NCBI GenBank assembly: GCA_035549255.1
Contig: DASZRD010000007.1
Span: forward strand, 65,104-129,103
Length of the DNA stretch: 64,000 nt
Direction: 5' to 3'
Source: Minisyncoccota bacterium
GTDB taxonomy: Bacteria > Patescibacteriota > Minisyncoccia > Phycocordibacterales > SBAW01
Shown here in pieces: positions 9,576 through 20,017 of this stretch (the first letter of the stretch is position 1; each line of letters opens with the position of its first letter). The notes beneath the pieces are model-generated. The model had not been told where the DNA came from. It saw nothing but the letters and a program-made list of their open reading frames with translations, and ran no database searches. The position numbers and the translations under genes are program-made.

Positions 9576-9830
9576 ATGAGCGTTGAGACCGATACGAAAA
9601 TATTGATCGACCTGCTTGACCCGCCTCGCACCATATCCCACAACGAAGCCAGGACGCTTATCCGGGAACATATCCCGCCGCGGGATATCCGGCGTTTGCG
9701 GTACAAGCTCGAGACTATCAAGAACGACCCGGTCGCGCTCGAGCACGCGCGCGAGCGCGGGCCCGAGTGGCTTACGTCCAAAGACGGCCGGCAGTGGCTG
9801 GGCGAGCAAGCCAGGCAGCACGTGCATTGA
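9576..9830 (+). CDS. hypothetical small protein (84 aa)
   Basis: A GGGAGA SD sits 7 nt upstream of the ATG, and a strong terminator follows immediately. Confidence 0.45.
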   Translation: MSVETDTKILIDLLDPPRTISHNEARTLIREHIPPRDIRRLRYKLETIKNDPVALEHARERGPEWLTSKDGRQWLGEQARQHVH

Positions 9831-9837
9831 CGGCACG

Positions 9838-9868
9838 TTTGGCCGGACGATCCAGAGATCGTCCGGCC
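9838..9868. terminator. bidirectional intrinsic terminator between the convergent 9576 ORF and uvrA
   Basis: GGCCGGACGATC-CAGA-GATCGTCCGGCC followed by TTTTATTT. Confidence 0.5.
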
Positions 9869-9870
9869 TT

Positions 9871-12558
9871 TTATTTACCTTTGAGTACCTTGCGCAAATA
9901 GTTGCCGGTGTGCGAGGTCTTATGATTCGCTACGTCTTCAGGAGTCCCCTTCGCCACGAGCTTGCCGCCGCCTTCGCCGCCTTCGGGACCGAAGTCGAGC
10001 AGCCAGTCGGAGGTCTTTATCACGTCCATATTGTGCTCAATGAGCACAACCGAGTTTCCCGCCGCGACAAGGCGGTTGAGGATTTCAATTAGTTTGCGCA
10101 CGTCTTCATAGTGGAGCCCGACCGTCGGCTCATCGAGAAGATAAATCGTTTTCTGGAGATGCGGCTTATAGAGCTCCGCGCTGATCTTCACACGCTGTGC
10201 CTCGCCGCCCGAGAGCGTCGTCGCCGATTGGCCGAGTTTGAGGTAGCCGAGACCGACTTCGCCGAGCGTGCGCAGGCGGTCGTAGATCGCCGGAATGTCG
10301 TTGAAGAAGTCGAGCGCCTCCTCGACCGACATCTCGAGCACATCGTAGATGCTCTTCTTTTTGTATTTCACTTCGAGCGTCTCCTTCATAAACCGCTTGC
10401 CGTTGCAGACATCGCAGGTCACGTAGACGGTTGGTAAGAAGGCCATCTCGACGGCGATGACGCCGTTGCCCTCGCACGCCTCGCAGCGCCCGCCGCCGCG
10501 CGATTGCGGCACGTTGAAGGAGAAGCGGCTCGACTTCCAGCCGCGTGCCCGCGCCTCGATTGTCTCCGCGAAGAGGTCGCGGATAAAGGTGAAGGCGCCG
10601 GTGTAGGTCGCCGGGTTAGAACGCGGCGTCCGGCCGATCGGCGATTGGTCGATCAATATCGCACGGGAAAGATTCTCGAGCCCCTCGACGCTCGCGGCAT
10701 TGAAGACCCGGTTGGTGCGATAGCGCTTGTCGAAGCGCGCGCGCAGATTTTCGTAGAGGATTTCGTACAGGAAGGTCGACTTCCCCGAGCCCGAGACGCC
10801 GGTGATCGTGACGAGCCGCCCGAGCGGGATATCGACCGAGAGGTTCTCGATATTGAAGGCCTTGCCGCCCTTGATCTTGATCCAACCTTTGTCCTTGCTG
10901 CGCCTTTCGTCCGGCACTTCGATCGCCTTTTCGCCGCGCAGGTATGCGAGCGTGACGCTGCCGCTATCGTTCTTCTTTGCGGTGAGAAGCTTATCAAGCT
11001 CGCCTGCGACGACCACGTGCCCGCCGTGCACGCCCGCGCCCGGGCCGATATCGACGATATAATCACCGGAGTAAATCGTGTCTTCATCGTGCTCGACGAC
11101 GAGGATGGTATTGCCCAAGTCGCGCAGATTAACCAACGTCTTGATAAGGCGCTCATTGTCGCGCTGGTGGAGGCCGATCGTCGGCTCATCGAGCACATAG
11201 AGCGCACCCACGAGGCCGGAGCCAAGCTGCGACGCAAGCCGGATGCGCTGCGCTTCGCCGCCGGAGAGCGTATTGGCACGACGCTCGAGCGTAAGATAGT
11301 CGAGGCCGACGTCGAGCATGAATTTGAGCCGCGCGCAGATCTCCTTGATGACGGTCTTCGAGATCTCCTGATCTTTTTTAGAGAGATGGAGCGCGTTGAA
11401 ATACTCGTACGCGTCGGCGATCGAGAGCGAAGTGATCTCGACGATATTGTAGCGGCCTTCCTTGCGGCGCACGCTGGCCTCAGGTATGGGCTCGTTGGGG
11501 TCTCCGCCTCGGCTCGACGCCGAAGTCGAGACGGGCTTCACCTCCTTCTCAAGGAATACGTTGAGTGCTTCGGGGCGGAGCCTCGCGCCGTGGCACACCG
11601 GGCAGGGCTCCTCGCCCATGAAGTGCTTGGTGCCGAGGCCGTTGCACTCGGGGCACGCGCCGTACGGTGAGTTGAAGGAGAAGAGGCGCGGCTCAACCTC
11701 GGGGAATGAGAACCCGTCGTACGGGCACATGAACTTGGCCGAGATGAGCCGCTCGCCATGAGCGTCTTCAATTTTGACCAAGCCATCCGATGCCTCAAGC
11801 GCGCGCTCGACTGCTTCAGAAAGGCGCTCGAGCGCCGCCGCGGCGCGAGCCTGATTTTTTTGCGCAGGCGCAAAGTCTGTCACTAATATTTCATCGACCA
11901 GTGCGTCGATATCGTGCTTCTTGTATTTAGAAAGAATGACTTGTTCGCGCAGGTTCTTAACCTCGCCGTCGATCTTGGCACGCTCATAGCCCTTGCCGAG
12001 GAGATCATAGAGCAATTGATAGTACTCGCCCTTGCGGCCGACCACGAGCGGCGCATAAATCTTGACCGTATCTTCAGCGATCTCGACGCCCATGACCTTT
12101 TGCGTCTTCTTCGGCGGATGCGAGCCCACATTCTCGACGATGCTACTGATGATCTCTTCGTTGGAGAGCTTCTTGATCTCGCGGCCGCAGATGAGGCAGT
12201 GCGGCTTCCCCACGCGCGCGAAGAGGATGCGCATGTAGTCGTAGATTTCGGTAATGGTTGCCACCGTCGAGCGCGGATTATTGGAGCGCGACTTCTGATC
12301 GATCGAGATCGCGGGGCTCAAGCCCGTGATCTCCTCGACATCCGGCTTCTGCATCTGGCGGAGGAACTGTCGCGCGTAGGCGGAGAGCGATTCTACGTAG
12401 CGCCGCTGGCCCTCGGCGAAGATAGTGTCGAACGCCAAAGACGACTTCCCGCTCCCGGAAAGCCCCGTAAACAAGACCATCTTATTGCGCGGAATGCTCA
12501 ATGAGATGTTCTTGAGATTGTGGGTCTTGGCCCCTTTTATATGAATATAGTCTTCCAT
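9871..12558 (-). CDS. uvrA: excinuclease ABC subunit A
   Basis: Two ABC ATPase modules with zinc-finger insertions. The track ORF runs to 12747, but UvrA homology begins at [20 protein letters not shown], so the start was set at the internal ATG. Confidence 0.92.
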   Translation of the reverse strand: MEDYIHIKGAKTHNLKNISLSIPRNKMVLFTGLSGSGKSSLAFDTIFAEGQRRYVESLSAYARQFLRQMQKPDVEEITGLSPAISIDQKSRSNNPRSTVATITEIYDYMRILFARVGKPHCLICGREIKKLSNEEIISSIVENVGSHPPKKTQKVMGVEIAEDTVKIYAPLVVGRKGEYYQLLYDLLGKGYERAKIDGEVKNLREQVILSKYKKHDIDALVDEILVTDFAPAQKNQARAAAALERLSEAVERALEASDGLVKIEDAHGERLISAKFMCPYDGFSFPEVEPRLFSFNSPYGACPECNGLGTKHFMGEEPCPVCHGARLRPEALNVFLEKEVKPVSTSASSRGGDPNEPIPEASVRRKEGRYNIVEITSLSIADAYEYFNALHLSKKDQEISKTVIKEICARLKFMLDVGLDYLTLERRANTLSGGEAQRIRLASQLGSGLVGALYVLDEPTIGLHQRDNERLIKTLVNLRDLGNTILVVEHDEDTIYSGDYIVDIGPGAGVHGGHVVVAGELDKLLTAKKNDSGSVTLAYLRGEKAIEVPDERRSKDKGWIKIKGGKAFNIENLSVDIPLGRLVTITGVSGSGKSTFLYEILYENLRARFDKRYRTNRVFNAASVEGLENLSRAILIDQSPIGRTPRSNPATYTGAFTFIRDLFAETIEARARGWKSSRFSFNVPQSRGGGRCEACEGNGVIAVEMAFLPTVYVTCDVCNGKRFMKETLEVKYKKKSIYDVLEMSVEEALDFFNDIPAIYDRLRTLGEVGLGYLKLGQSATTLSGGEAQRVKISAELYKPHLQKTIYLLDEPTVGLHYEDVRKLIEILNRLVAAGNSVVLIEHNMDVIKTSDWLLDFGPEGGEGGGKLVAKGTPEDVANHKTSHTGNYLRKVLKGK

Positions 12559-12599
12559 GGCAACGCTATAGCCCCACGGATCGCTCCGAGGGGTACCTA

Positions 12600-12640
12600 T
12601 ACACAAGTTTAGTATACCACAGAGGGCACATTCTATAAAA
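12600..12640 (-). promoter_or_regulatory. putative uvrA promoter
   Basis: On the minus strand: TTATAG, 16 nt, then an extended -10 TGGTATACT about 45 nt upstream of the uvrA ATG. Confidence 0.3.
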
Positions 12641-13194
12641 TAAAAGGCCCCCGCAACGTTGCAACGTCGCGAAGGGCCTTGTTCGACCTTACAGATCAGC
12701 ATGATGACGGAGTGTTCCGTCGTTGGACGGTCCTCCCGTCTCAGCATGACCTTTGGAAAGATCGCTGCTCAAAGCGTTGCGCTTCGAGCGTCGTCCACCT
12801 TCACCCTTTCGAGCTATCGTCTGCATCCATCGCTGGACACAAATGACTTTTCAAAAAAATAGAAGCTGTCCGACAGAACAAGATGTGGATTGCGGATGCC
12901 TCCGCTATCCGGATTGGCATTGCGCACTGCCATACCTATCTCATTCCGACCGTATTTGGGGTCATCTTGGATCCTTTTTGATCTCCCTTGCGGGACATCT
13001 GAAGAAAACAAGTCCAAATGGCCTATCGGCTCTCAGTAGAGCATCTCGCATTTCTGCGAAGTGCCCCGTGATGTGGCGTTCGGTATTACTACCTGTGCCG
13101 CGCCGGTAATGTAGGAGTTTACTCTTCCCGTAATGGAGAGCAAGTGAATAACGTATTTGGAAATACTTTTAAAATCTCGCAATATCTCTGGCCA

Positions 13195-15243
13195 TTATTT
13201 TCTGGCCTTTTTTGGTTTCTTTGAGCCACCTTCTCCAGTTAATGTATAGATCTCGTCTCTTATCAGTGCGGCGGTTTCGAAGTCGAGGTTCTTCACGGCT
13301 TCGGCCATGTCTTCGCGCTTCCCCGCGAGGAACTTGCGCGGGTTCTTCTTATACTCCTCCTTTTCTATCGCGATCATCTCGTTGACCGCCTTGCCGTGCT
13401 CGGTGCGGAGTTCCGCGGTGATGTCTTTAATAGCTTTCTTCACGCTCTGCGGCGTAATATTGTGCTCTTTATTGAACTTTGTCTGTATCTCTCGGCGGCG
13501 GTTGGTCTCGTCGACCGCTTTGCGTAGCGAGGGCGTCTCTTCGTCGGCATAGAGTATGACGCGGCCGCCGACGTTGCGCGCGGCGCGGCCGATCGTCTGT
13601 ATGAGCGACGTTTCGGAGCGCAGGAAGCCTTCCTTGTCAGCATCGAGTATGGCGACGAGCTCCACCTCGGGCAGGTCGAGCCCTTCGCGCAAGAGATTGA
13701 CGCCGACCAGCACGTCGTACTCGCCTTTGCGCAAGCTCGTGAGCGTCTCGATGCGCTCGAGCGTCTCTACATCGCTGTGAAGATACGCCGCCTTGTATCC
13801 CCGATCTTTAAGAAATTCTGCAAGATCCTCGGCCATCTTTTTGGTAAGGGTCGTAATAAGCACGCGTGCTCCGTGGTCGATTACCTTGGTCGCCTCCTCA
13901 AGCACGTCCTCCACCTGCCCCTTCTGGTCCATATCGCGGTTGCCGGTCACCGGTCGCACAATGATCTCAGGGTCGACAAGACCCGTCGGGCGGATGATCT
14001 GTTCCACGACATACGAGCCGCTCTTTTCCTTCTCGTAGGGCCCGGGTGTAGCCGACGTATAAATGACTTCTTTGACATCCTTTTCAAATTCCTCGAACTG
14101 GAGCGGGCGATTGTCGACCGCCGACGGCAGGCGGAAGCCGAAGTCGATCAGCGTATCCTTGCGCGCGCGGTCGCCTGCGTACATGCCGCCGATCTGCGGC
14201 ACGGTCACATGGCTCTCGTCGATTACCGTCAGGAAGTCAGGCGTACCGTCGGCCTTGTGCGGGAAATAATCGAGGAGCGTATAGGAAGGTTGGCCCGGCT
14301 TGCGGCCGTCGAAGTGCCGCGAATAATTCTCGATGCCATTGCAGTAGCCGATCTCGCGGATCATGGCGAGGTCGTGGTTAGTGCGGCGCTTGAGGCGCTC
14401 GGCCTCGAGCATCTTGCCCTGGCGGTTGAGGACCTCGAGCCGGTCAGTCAATTCGCTCTTGATGTCTTGGATCGCGCGATCGCGCTCGTCCTCGGGCGTC
14501 ACATAGTGCTTGGCCGGAAAGAGGAAGAGCGATGAAGATGATTCTTTCTCTGCGCGGGTAACGGCATCGATCACCCGTACGCGGCCAATGACATCACCCT
14601 CGAATTCGACACGATAGATAACGCGCTCGCCGGTTGGCATGATTTCAATACTGTTCCCCAGCGCGCGGAATTGCCCGGGCGAGAGGTCACCCGGCGTGCG
14701 CTCGAAGTAGAGCCGGATGAGGTCGCGAATGAGGTCTGCGCGATTGGACTTCACTCCCGCGCCCAGCTCGAGGTGCACCTTACGATACTCCTCCGGGCTC
14801 CCAAGCGAATAGATGCACGAGACCGACGCTACGATGATGACGTCGCGGCGCGTGAGCAACGCCTGGGTCGAGGCATGGCGCAAGCGGTCGATCTCTTCGT
14901 TGATCTGCGCCTCCTTCTCTATATACGTGTCGCTGTGCGGAATGTACGCCTCCGGCTGGTAGTAGTCGTAGTAGGAGACGAAGTAATGCACCGCGTTGTT
15001 GGGGAAAAATTCGCGGTACTCCTGCGCGAGCTGTGCGGCGAGCGTCTTGTTGTGCGCGATCACGAGGGTAGGCTTGTCGAATTGCTCGATCACGTTGGCG
15101 ATCGTGAAAGTCTTCCCCGAACCGGTGACGCCGAGGAGCGTCTGCTGCTCGACCCCGGCATTGATGTTTTTCATCAGCTGCTCGATAGCCTTCGGCTGGT
15201 CCCCTGCCGGCTGGTACTCTGATTTGAGCTTAAACGAAGCCAT
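13195..15243 (-). CDS. uvrB: excinuclease ABC subunit B
   Basis: 682 aa SF2 helicase-like protein containing the motif ...LLGVTGSGKTFTIANVI... and a C-terminal UvrB/UvrC interaction region. Confidence 0.93.
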   Translation of the reverse strand: MASFKLKSEYQPAGDQPKAIEQLMKNINAGVEQQTLLGVTGSGKTFTIANVIEQFDKPTLVIAHNKTLAAQLAQEYREFFPNNAVHYFVSYYDYYQPEAYIPHSDTYIEKEAQINEEIDRLRHASTQALLTRRDVIIVASVSCIYSLGSPEEYRKVHLELGAGVKSNRADLIRDLIRLYFERTPGDLSPGQFRALGNSIEIMPTGERVIYRVEFEGDVIGRVRVIDAVTRAEKESSSSLFLFPAKHYVTPEDERDRAIQDIKSELTDRLEVLNRQGKMLEAERLKRRTNHDLAMIREIGYCNGIENYSRHFDGRKPGQPSYTLLDYFPHKADGTPDFLTVIDESHVTVPQIGGMYAGDRARKDTLIDFGFRLPSAVDNRPLQFEEFEKDVKEVIYTSATPGPYEKEKSGSYVVEQIIRPTGLVDPEIIVRPVTGNRDMDQKGQVEDVLEEATKVIDHGARVLITTLTKKMAEDLAEFLKDRGYKAAYLHSDVETLERIETLTSLRKGEYDVLVGVNLLREGLDLPEVELVAILDADKEGFLRSETSLIQTIGRAARNVGGRVILYADEETPSLRKAVDETNRRREIQTKFNKEHNITPQSVKKAIKDITAELRTEHGKAVNEMIAIEKEEYKKNPRKFLAGKREDMAEAVKNLDFETAALIRDEIYTLTGEGGSKKPKKARK

Positions 15244-15278
15244 GTTATGGACATTCTACCATTTTTGTTATGAAAAAG

Positions 15279-15312
15279 AAAAAGGGCCGCTCGCGCGAGG
15301 CGGCGGCCCAAG
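15279..15312 (-). terminator. terminator downstream of tgt
   Basis: Minus-strand GGGCCGCCGCCTCGCGCGAGCGGCCC followed by TTTTTCTTTTTC. Confidence 0.45.
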
Positions 15313-15387
15313 GCTAGGGAGGAAACGCCCAAGGGGGGCATGCGGCGTCATTGCCGCTTCTTCACTATATGTGCACTTCACGAAAGA

Positions 15388-16605
15388 TCAATGTTTATAA
15401 CCCGCCAAAAACGCATCGCGGAATTTTTCGAAGGTGCCGTCAATGATCGCGTTACGGATGCGGCGCGTGAGGTCGGCGAGGAAATAAAGGTTGTGCTGGC
15501 TTGCAAGGATGGGCCCGAGCATCTCACCCGCGCGGAAGAGGTGATGCAAATAGCTTTTGGTATATCGCGCGCAGACTAGGCATGAGCACTCGGGGTCGAT
15601 CGATGTCTGATCTTCTTTAAATTCGGCGTTGGGAATTTGGATCTTGCCGCGATGCGTGTAGAGCCCGCCCGTGCGGCCGTTGCGGGTCGGCAGCACGCAG
15701 TCGAAGGTGTCGATGCCCGCCGCGGCACCAATAAAGAGATCTTCCGGCTCGCCGATGCCAAGCAAGTGCCGCGGCTTGTCCTTAGGCAGTTCCGCATTAA
15801 CCTTATCGAGGATGCCGAGGAGGTCGTGCTTGCTGAAGGAGCCGCCGATGCCGAAGCCGTCGAAGTCCATCGATGCGATCTCGCGCGCGCTTTCGATGCG
15901 CAGGTCGGCGAAGCGCCCGCCTTGCACGATGCCGTAGATCCCCTGCTTGGCGTTCATATCAATATTCTGTCGATGCGCGCGGAGGCTGCGCTCGGCCCAG
16001 CGGTGCGTGCGGTCCATCGCTTCCTTTTGGTACTCGTACTCGGCATTGGGTGCCGTGCACTCGTCGAAGGCGTAGATAATGTCGGCGCCGAGCGCATGCT
16101 GGATCTCGATCGAGCGCTCGGGCGTAAAGCGATGGAGGCTGCCATCGACATGCGAAGTGAAGGAAACGCCCTCTTCGTCGATCACTGCAAGTTTGCCGTG
16201 GCTTGTCGCCAAGTCCTCGTCGAAGATCGCGACGCCGGACTCGCGCGCGGCCTCTTCGGGCAAAAACTTCGACAACTTTTTCCCGAAGCCGACGCCGAGG
16301 CTGAATACCTGGAAGCCGCCCGAGTCGGTCATCGTGGGCCGCTCCCATGTCATAAACTTCCCTACGCCGCCGCCCTTCTCTACGATCTTCTCGCCTGGGC
16401 TGAGATAGAGATGATAAGTATTCGCAATGATGCCCTGCACCCCGAGATCTGCAAGACGCGCGGCCTCAACGCCTTTCACATCGGCCTTAGTCGCGACCGC
16501 AATAAAGGCGGGCGTCTGTATCTCGCCATGGGGCGTCTTCAAAATCCCGGCTCTCGCGAGAGAGCCGGGAAGTTCCTTCTCGATCGTGTAAGAGATCGGC
16601 CGCAT
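15388..16605 (-). CDS. tgt: queuine tRNA-ribosyltransferase (tRNA-guanine transglycosylase)
   Basis: 405 aa with a TIM-barrel Tgt fold (...LLGIGEPEDLF...) and a C-terminal zinc site (CSCLVCARYTKSYLHHL). Confidence 0.9.
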   Translation of the reverse strand: MRPISYTIEKELPGSLARAGILKTPHGEIQTPAFIAVATKADVKGVEAARLADLGVQGIIANTYHLYLSPGEKIVEKGGGVGKFMTWERPTMTDSGGFQVFSLGVGFGKKLSKFLPEEAARESGVAIFDEDLATSHGKLAVIDEEGVSFTSHVDGSLHRFTPERSIEIQHALGADIIYAFDECTAPNAEYEYQKEAMDRTHRWAERSLRAHRQNIDMNAKQGIYGIVQGGRFADLRIESAREIASMDFDGFGIGGSFSKHDLLGILDKVNAELPKDKPRHLLGIGEPEDLFIGAAAGIDTFDCVLPTRNGRTGGLYTHRGKIQIPNAEFKEDQTSIDPECSCLVCARYTKSYLHHLFRAGEMLGPILASQHNLYFLADLTRRIRNAIIDGTFEKFRDAFLAGYKH

Positions 16606-17084
16606 TATTGCTGCGCTGCCTGCGGCGTGTCTTTGAGAAGAGACACCTCGAAGATGAGCGTCGAGTTGCCGGGGATCGGCCCGTAATCCTGGCTGCCGTA
16701 GCCGAGGCTCGGCGGGATGATCAGCAGGCGCTTGCCACCGACCTTCATACCTTGAAGCCCCTGATCCCAGCCGGGGATCACGTTGCCCGCACCGAGTACG
16801 AAGGTGTACGGCGTCTTGCCGACCGAGGTGTCGAAGACCGTGCCGTCCTCGAGCTTGCCGGTATAATCGACCGTGATCGTGTCGCCCACCTGCGCTATAG
16901 CGCCGGTGCCGACCGTCTCATCCTGCACGACGAGCTGAGTCGCGCTCTCGTCGGGGGTCGTGCTCGACATATCCGAAGAAAGACTCATGCTTCCGAACGG
17001 ATTATTAAATATGAAGAAAAAAATGCCGACGACCGCGAGCGCAATGACGACTGCAATGCCGGTAATGAAGTTTTTCTTGGTCAT
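16605..17084 (-). CDS. FKBP-type peptidyl-prolyl cis-trans isomerase, membrane-anchored
   Basis: N-terminal TM helix plus an FKBP domain (...FVLGAGNVIPGWDQGLQGMKVGGKRLLIIPPSLGYG...). Confidence 0.85.
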   Translation of the reverse strand: MTKKNFITGIAVVIALAVVGIFFFIFNNPFGSMSLSSDMSSTTPDESATQLVVQDETVGTGAIAQVGDTITVDYTGKLEDGTVFDTSVGKTPYTFVLGAGNVIPGWDQGLQGMKVGGKRLLIIPPSLGYGSQDYGPIPGNSTLIFEVSLLKDTPQAAQQ

Positions 17085-17159
17085 ATAGCCACACGATACT
17101 CCCCTCGCGCCCCGCGAGCAACTCTGTTATCCCCGCGGTCGCTATAGTAGTATCAAGCC

Positions 17160-17612
17160 ATGCAGATCCCGCTGATCCAGCAAGAAAAAGACTACTATTG
17201 CGGCCCTGCGATCATTGAAATGATTCTCGGCGCGTACGGCAAGAACATAACTCAGGACGAGGCCGCAAAACGCGCGGGTACGACTGAAGCCGTGGGTACT
17301 TCGATAGCCGGGTTAGCGGGCGTACTTGCGCAAGAAAATTTTTCCGTCGATGCGGCAGAAAATCGCAGCGTTGCAGACATTCAGCAAGCCTTACAAAAAG
17401 GCGCCATTGTTATCGTCAATTATACCGAGCCGGTGTGGGAATGGGGGCACTACGCCATCGCCGAGAAAATAGAGAGCGGCATGATAACACTCATTGACCC
17501 GGATTCCCGCACCGGAAAGACGTCCATGCTGATGGAGGAATTCGAGCGCCGGTGGAAAGACCCGCTGTTTACCAAAGCGACCCGCTGGGCTGCGTTCGTG
17601 TCGGAAAAATAA
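17160..17612 (+). CDS. peptidase C39-like domain protein (standalone)
   Basis: 150 aa with a QQEKDYYCGPA motif resembling the C39 catalytic Q/C motif. No linked ABC transporter. Confidence 0.55.
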   Translation: MQIPLIQQEKDYYCGPAIIEMILGAYGKNITQDEAAKRAGTTEAVGTSIAGLAGVLAQENFSVDAAENRSVADIQQALQKGAIVIVNYTEPVWEWGHYAIAEKIESGMITLIDPDSRTGKTSMLMEEFERRWKDPLFTKATRWAAFVSEK

Positions 17613-18731
17613 TTACTGCCCGACACTTGCGGCGCTGGTCGAGATAAAGCCGCCGCTCGCGGGATACGCGCCGAAGACCGACGCGCTCTGATTGAGGTTT
17701 GTCTTGCCCGCGAAGGGCGTCTGCGCATTGAGGAAGATAAGCGCGATGGCGATCATGGCGACAACCGCGCCGCCAATCAGCATGTCGGTAGGCTGTATCT
17801 GGATATGGATAAAGAACGCGAGCGCGAGGCCGACCATGAGCACCACTGCGACGCCGGCAAGCACCCACTCGATTGAGGATGAGGGCTGCGTGTCGCCGCG
17901 CACCAGCTCACGCGCGAAGGAGCTCCATGGCGTGCTGCTGTGCGGTGAGACAGGTGCTGCAGCCGAGGTTTCTACCGGCGCACTTGGCGCGGCCGTAGTC
18001 GGCTCCGCTTGCGCTTCAGAGGTGTCCGCTGCGGCAGGCTGTGCATCGGTTGATGGCGCAGCTTCAGTCTCCGCGCCAGCCACCTGCGCGCCCGCCGGCG
18101 CCGCTTCTGACGCCGCTACCTGCTGCACGCCGCCGGCAGCCGTAGAAACCGACGAGCCCGCTTGTTTCGGCTCGCCGAAATATTGCACGACGTACGTCGC
18201 CGGCGCGCCCTGGTATATGCCTTGCGCCACACCGACGCCGATCTGCGTGTAGACCGGCTTCACGATATTGGCGCGATGGGTCGGCGACGCCATCCATGCA
18301 TTGACGACGTCGGAGGAGTCCTCAAACCGCACCGCGAGGTTCTCGCCCGCCGCCTGGTATGAATAGCCGTATTCGCTGATCCATGTCCACGGCTCCTTCC
18401 CGTCCGGCCCCACATGCGCGAAGTAGCCCTTCGCCGCCATATCCTCGGCCTTGGCTTGCGCGGCGGCGTCGAGATCGGCGTTTTCGGTCAATTGTCCGAC
18501 ATTATTGGTCGCGCGCTCGTCGTTGGTGAGTGCTATGACCTCGCCGGGCAAGACCGCCGCAACAAAATTAAATGCCGACTGCCGCGCGATAAGGTCAGCG
18601 ACGAACACTGCTTCGGAGGTAAGGACTACCGTGAGGAAAAAGAGGAGCCACGGTCGGCGGAGCATATGCGGGCGGTAGACATTGCGCTTGGAGGGTATGA
18701 AATGGTCCTTCAGTTTGCGCAGGAAATCCAT
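17613..18731 (-). CDS. CAP/SCP (PR-1-like) domain protein, membrane-anchored with an Ala/Pro/Thr-rich linker
   Basis: The sequence ...DLDAAAQAKAEDMAAKGYFAHVGPDGKEPWTW...GENLAVRF...AWMASPTHRANI is a CAP domain. An N-terminal TM helix is present. Confidence 0.75.
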   Translation of the reverse strand: MDFLRKLKDHFIPSKRNVYRPHMLRRPWLLFFLTVVLTSEAVFVADLIARQSAFNFVAAVLPGEVIALTNDERATNNVGQLTENADLDAAAQAKAEDMAAKGYFAHVGPDGKEPWTWISEYGYSYQAAGENLAVRFEDSSDVVNAWMASPTHRANIVKPVYTQIGVGVAQGIYQGAPATYVVQYFGEPKQAGSSVSTAAGGVQQVAASEAAPAGAQVAGAETEAAPSTDAQPAAADTSEAQAEPTTAAPSAPVETSAAAPVSPHSSTPWSSFARELVRGDTQPSSSIEWVLAGVAVVLMVGLALAFFIHIQIQPTDMLIGGAVVAMIAIALIFLNAQTPFAGKTNLNQSASVFGAYPASGGFISTSAASVGQ

Positions 18732-18745
18732 GGCATAATTCTAGC

Positions 18746-19549
18746 ATGAAGAAATCAGCCATTTTGGCTCTTTTTGGATTACTTATCCCCCTGTCCCTCC
18801 TGGCTGTGTACCCTGAGACAGCTCAAGGGGCCGGCTTCGCCAAAGAATCGCTCTTTCTCTCGAAGACTCCGGTAACCGAAGGCGACACCGTGCTCATCCA
18901 TACCGTCGTCTCCAACGACACCGGCGTCAATTTCTCCGGCGAGGTCATATTTAAAAACGGCGACGCCAAGATCGGGGGTGTGGCGGTGACCATAGCGGCG
19001 GGCGGCGCCAATGCGGTGTCGGTCTCCTGGAAGCCGGGCGCTGGCACGCACACGGTAACAGCAGAGCTCGACGGCGCCGACGGCGCGGTCGTGGAAAAAG
19101 AATCGGGAGTGTTCGTGATCAACCCCAAGCCACAGCCCGCCTCGCAAGGCGCGACAGAGGATGCGAGCGTCGAATCCTCGCAAGCGATCCAGAATGACAT
19201 CGCGCATTATTCCCCTACTGCGGCCTCTATAGCGCAGCCGGTCTTCTCAACGATAGATTCTGCGCGCAACAAAGCGGCGGACCTCCTCGACCAAGGTACG
19301 CAATGGGCCAGCCAGCAGTCAGGCGGCAAGTCGCCGGGACAAGTGCTCGGCGACGCGACGACGACTGTGTCGCTCAACCCGGTCGGCACCGCGTGGAAGC
19401 TCCTCGCGTCGGTTATCTATTACATCCTCACCTTCCTGCGCTATGTCGTCGGCCACGCGGGGATCTTCTACCCCGTCTTCGTCATCCTGTTCTTCTATAT
19501 ATTGTGGAGGACGTATAAGCGCTTCCGCCGGCCGAGATACAGCGTATAG
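18746..19549 (+). CDS. hypothetical secreted protein with C-terminal TM anchor
   Basis: Signal peptide (MKKSAILALFGLLIPLSLLA) plus a hydrophobic C-terminal segment. No known domain. Confidence 0.45.
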   Translation: MKKSAILALFGLLIPLSLLAVYPETAQGAGFAKESLFLSKTPVTEGDTVLIHTVVSNDTGVNFSGEVIFKNGDAKIGGVAVTIAAGGANAVSVSWKPGAGTHTVTAELDGADGAVVEKESGVFVINPKPQPASQGATEDASVESSQAIQNDIAHYSPTAASIAQPVFSTIDSARNKAADLLDQGTQWASQQSGGKSPGQVLGDATTTVSLNPVGTAWKLLASVIYYILTFLRYVVGHAGIFYPVFVILFFYILWRTYKRFRRPRYSV

Positions 19550-19573
19550 TCTCACCCTTACTCTTTTTCTGTA

Positions 19574-20005
19574 TTAGGCGTTTCGTTTTGCCGAGCGCCA
19601 GTGCCAGACGGCAAGGCTAAAGAGGACGAGCGTCGTCAGTGCCGAGATCGCGCAGTACATGCAGTAAGCATGGATCAAAGTACCTTGGATATAGAACTCG
19701 AAGATAAGCGAGAGCGCGAAGCCGATCGCGGTGTAGCCGAGCGTTGCGACGCTGAGCGTGCGCGAGCGCGGGTCCATCGCAAGGAGCACCATGAGCGCAA
19801 GCATATAGACATAGTAGACAAGCCCGATGTACGCGAGCGGCACGCCGAAGAAGTGCGAATACTGGCTCGTGAGCACGACCTCGCAGCCGCCGATGGCGCA
19901 ACTGGGCACCGCGTTGCTGTAAGCGAAGTATGAGAGGTAGAGCGTGTCGGCAAGCCCGACAAACGTGGCGGCAATAAGGTAAAACGGGGTCAGTAATTGC
20001 TTCAT
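19574..20005 (-). CDS. vitamin K epoxide reductase (VKOR) family protein
   Basis: 143 aa with four TM helices, a CxxC-like AIGGC pair and a CMYC motif, as in VKOR. Confidence 0.7.
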   Translation of the reverse strand: MKQLLTPFYLIAATFVGLADTLYLSYFAYSNAVPSCAIGGCEVVLTSQYSHFFGVPLAYIGLVYYVYMLALMVLLAMDPRSRTLSVATLGYTAIGFALSLIFEFYIQGTLIHAYCMYCAISALTTLVLFSLAVWHWRSAKRNA

Positions 20006-20017
20006 AAAATCACTATA

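Noticed and set aside
10504-11670. 388-aa plus-strand ORF and 208-aa minus-strand ORF inside uvrA. Similar cases inside uvrB (13777-14535, 14671-15222), tgt (15637-16686), the ATPase (24911-25738), topA (34974-36236), clpB (47402-48268, 48794-49969), glmS (51086-52576), iscS/infB (52757-53455, 54283-55113, 54713-55720), the SPFH gene (57127-57813) and the SBP gene (59481-60365)
   Set aside because: All overlap well-supported genes on the opposite strand or in another frame and have biased low-complexity composition. These are GC-driven spurious ORFs.
12559-12747. N-terminal 63-aa extension of the uvrA ORF
   Set aside because: UvrA homology starts at MEDYIHIKG. The extension spans a promoter-like element and a palindromic hairpin, so it is non-coding leader.
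12640-13194. RNase P RNA or tmRNA in the uvrB–uvrA gap
   Set aside because: Only a short partial resemblance (AGGGTGAAGGTGG) to the RNase P P10.1-P12 region. The universally conserved GGAAAGTCCGG (CR-I) and the tmRNA tRNA-like ends were not found by eye. Kept as an open finding but not called as a feature.
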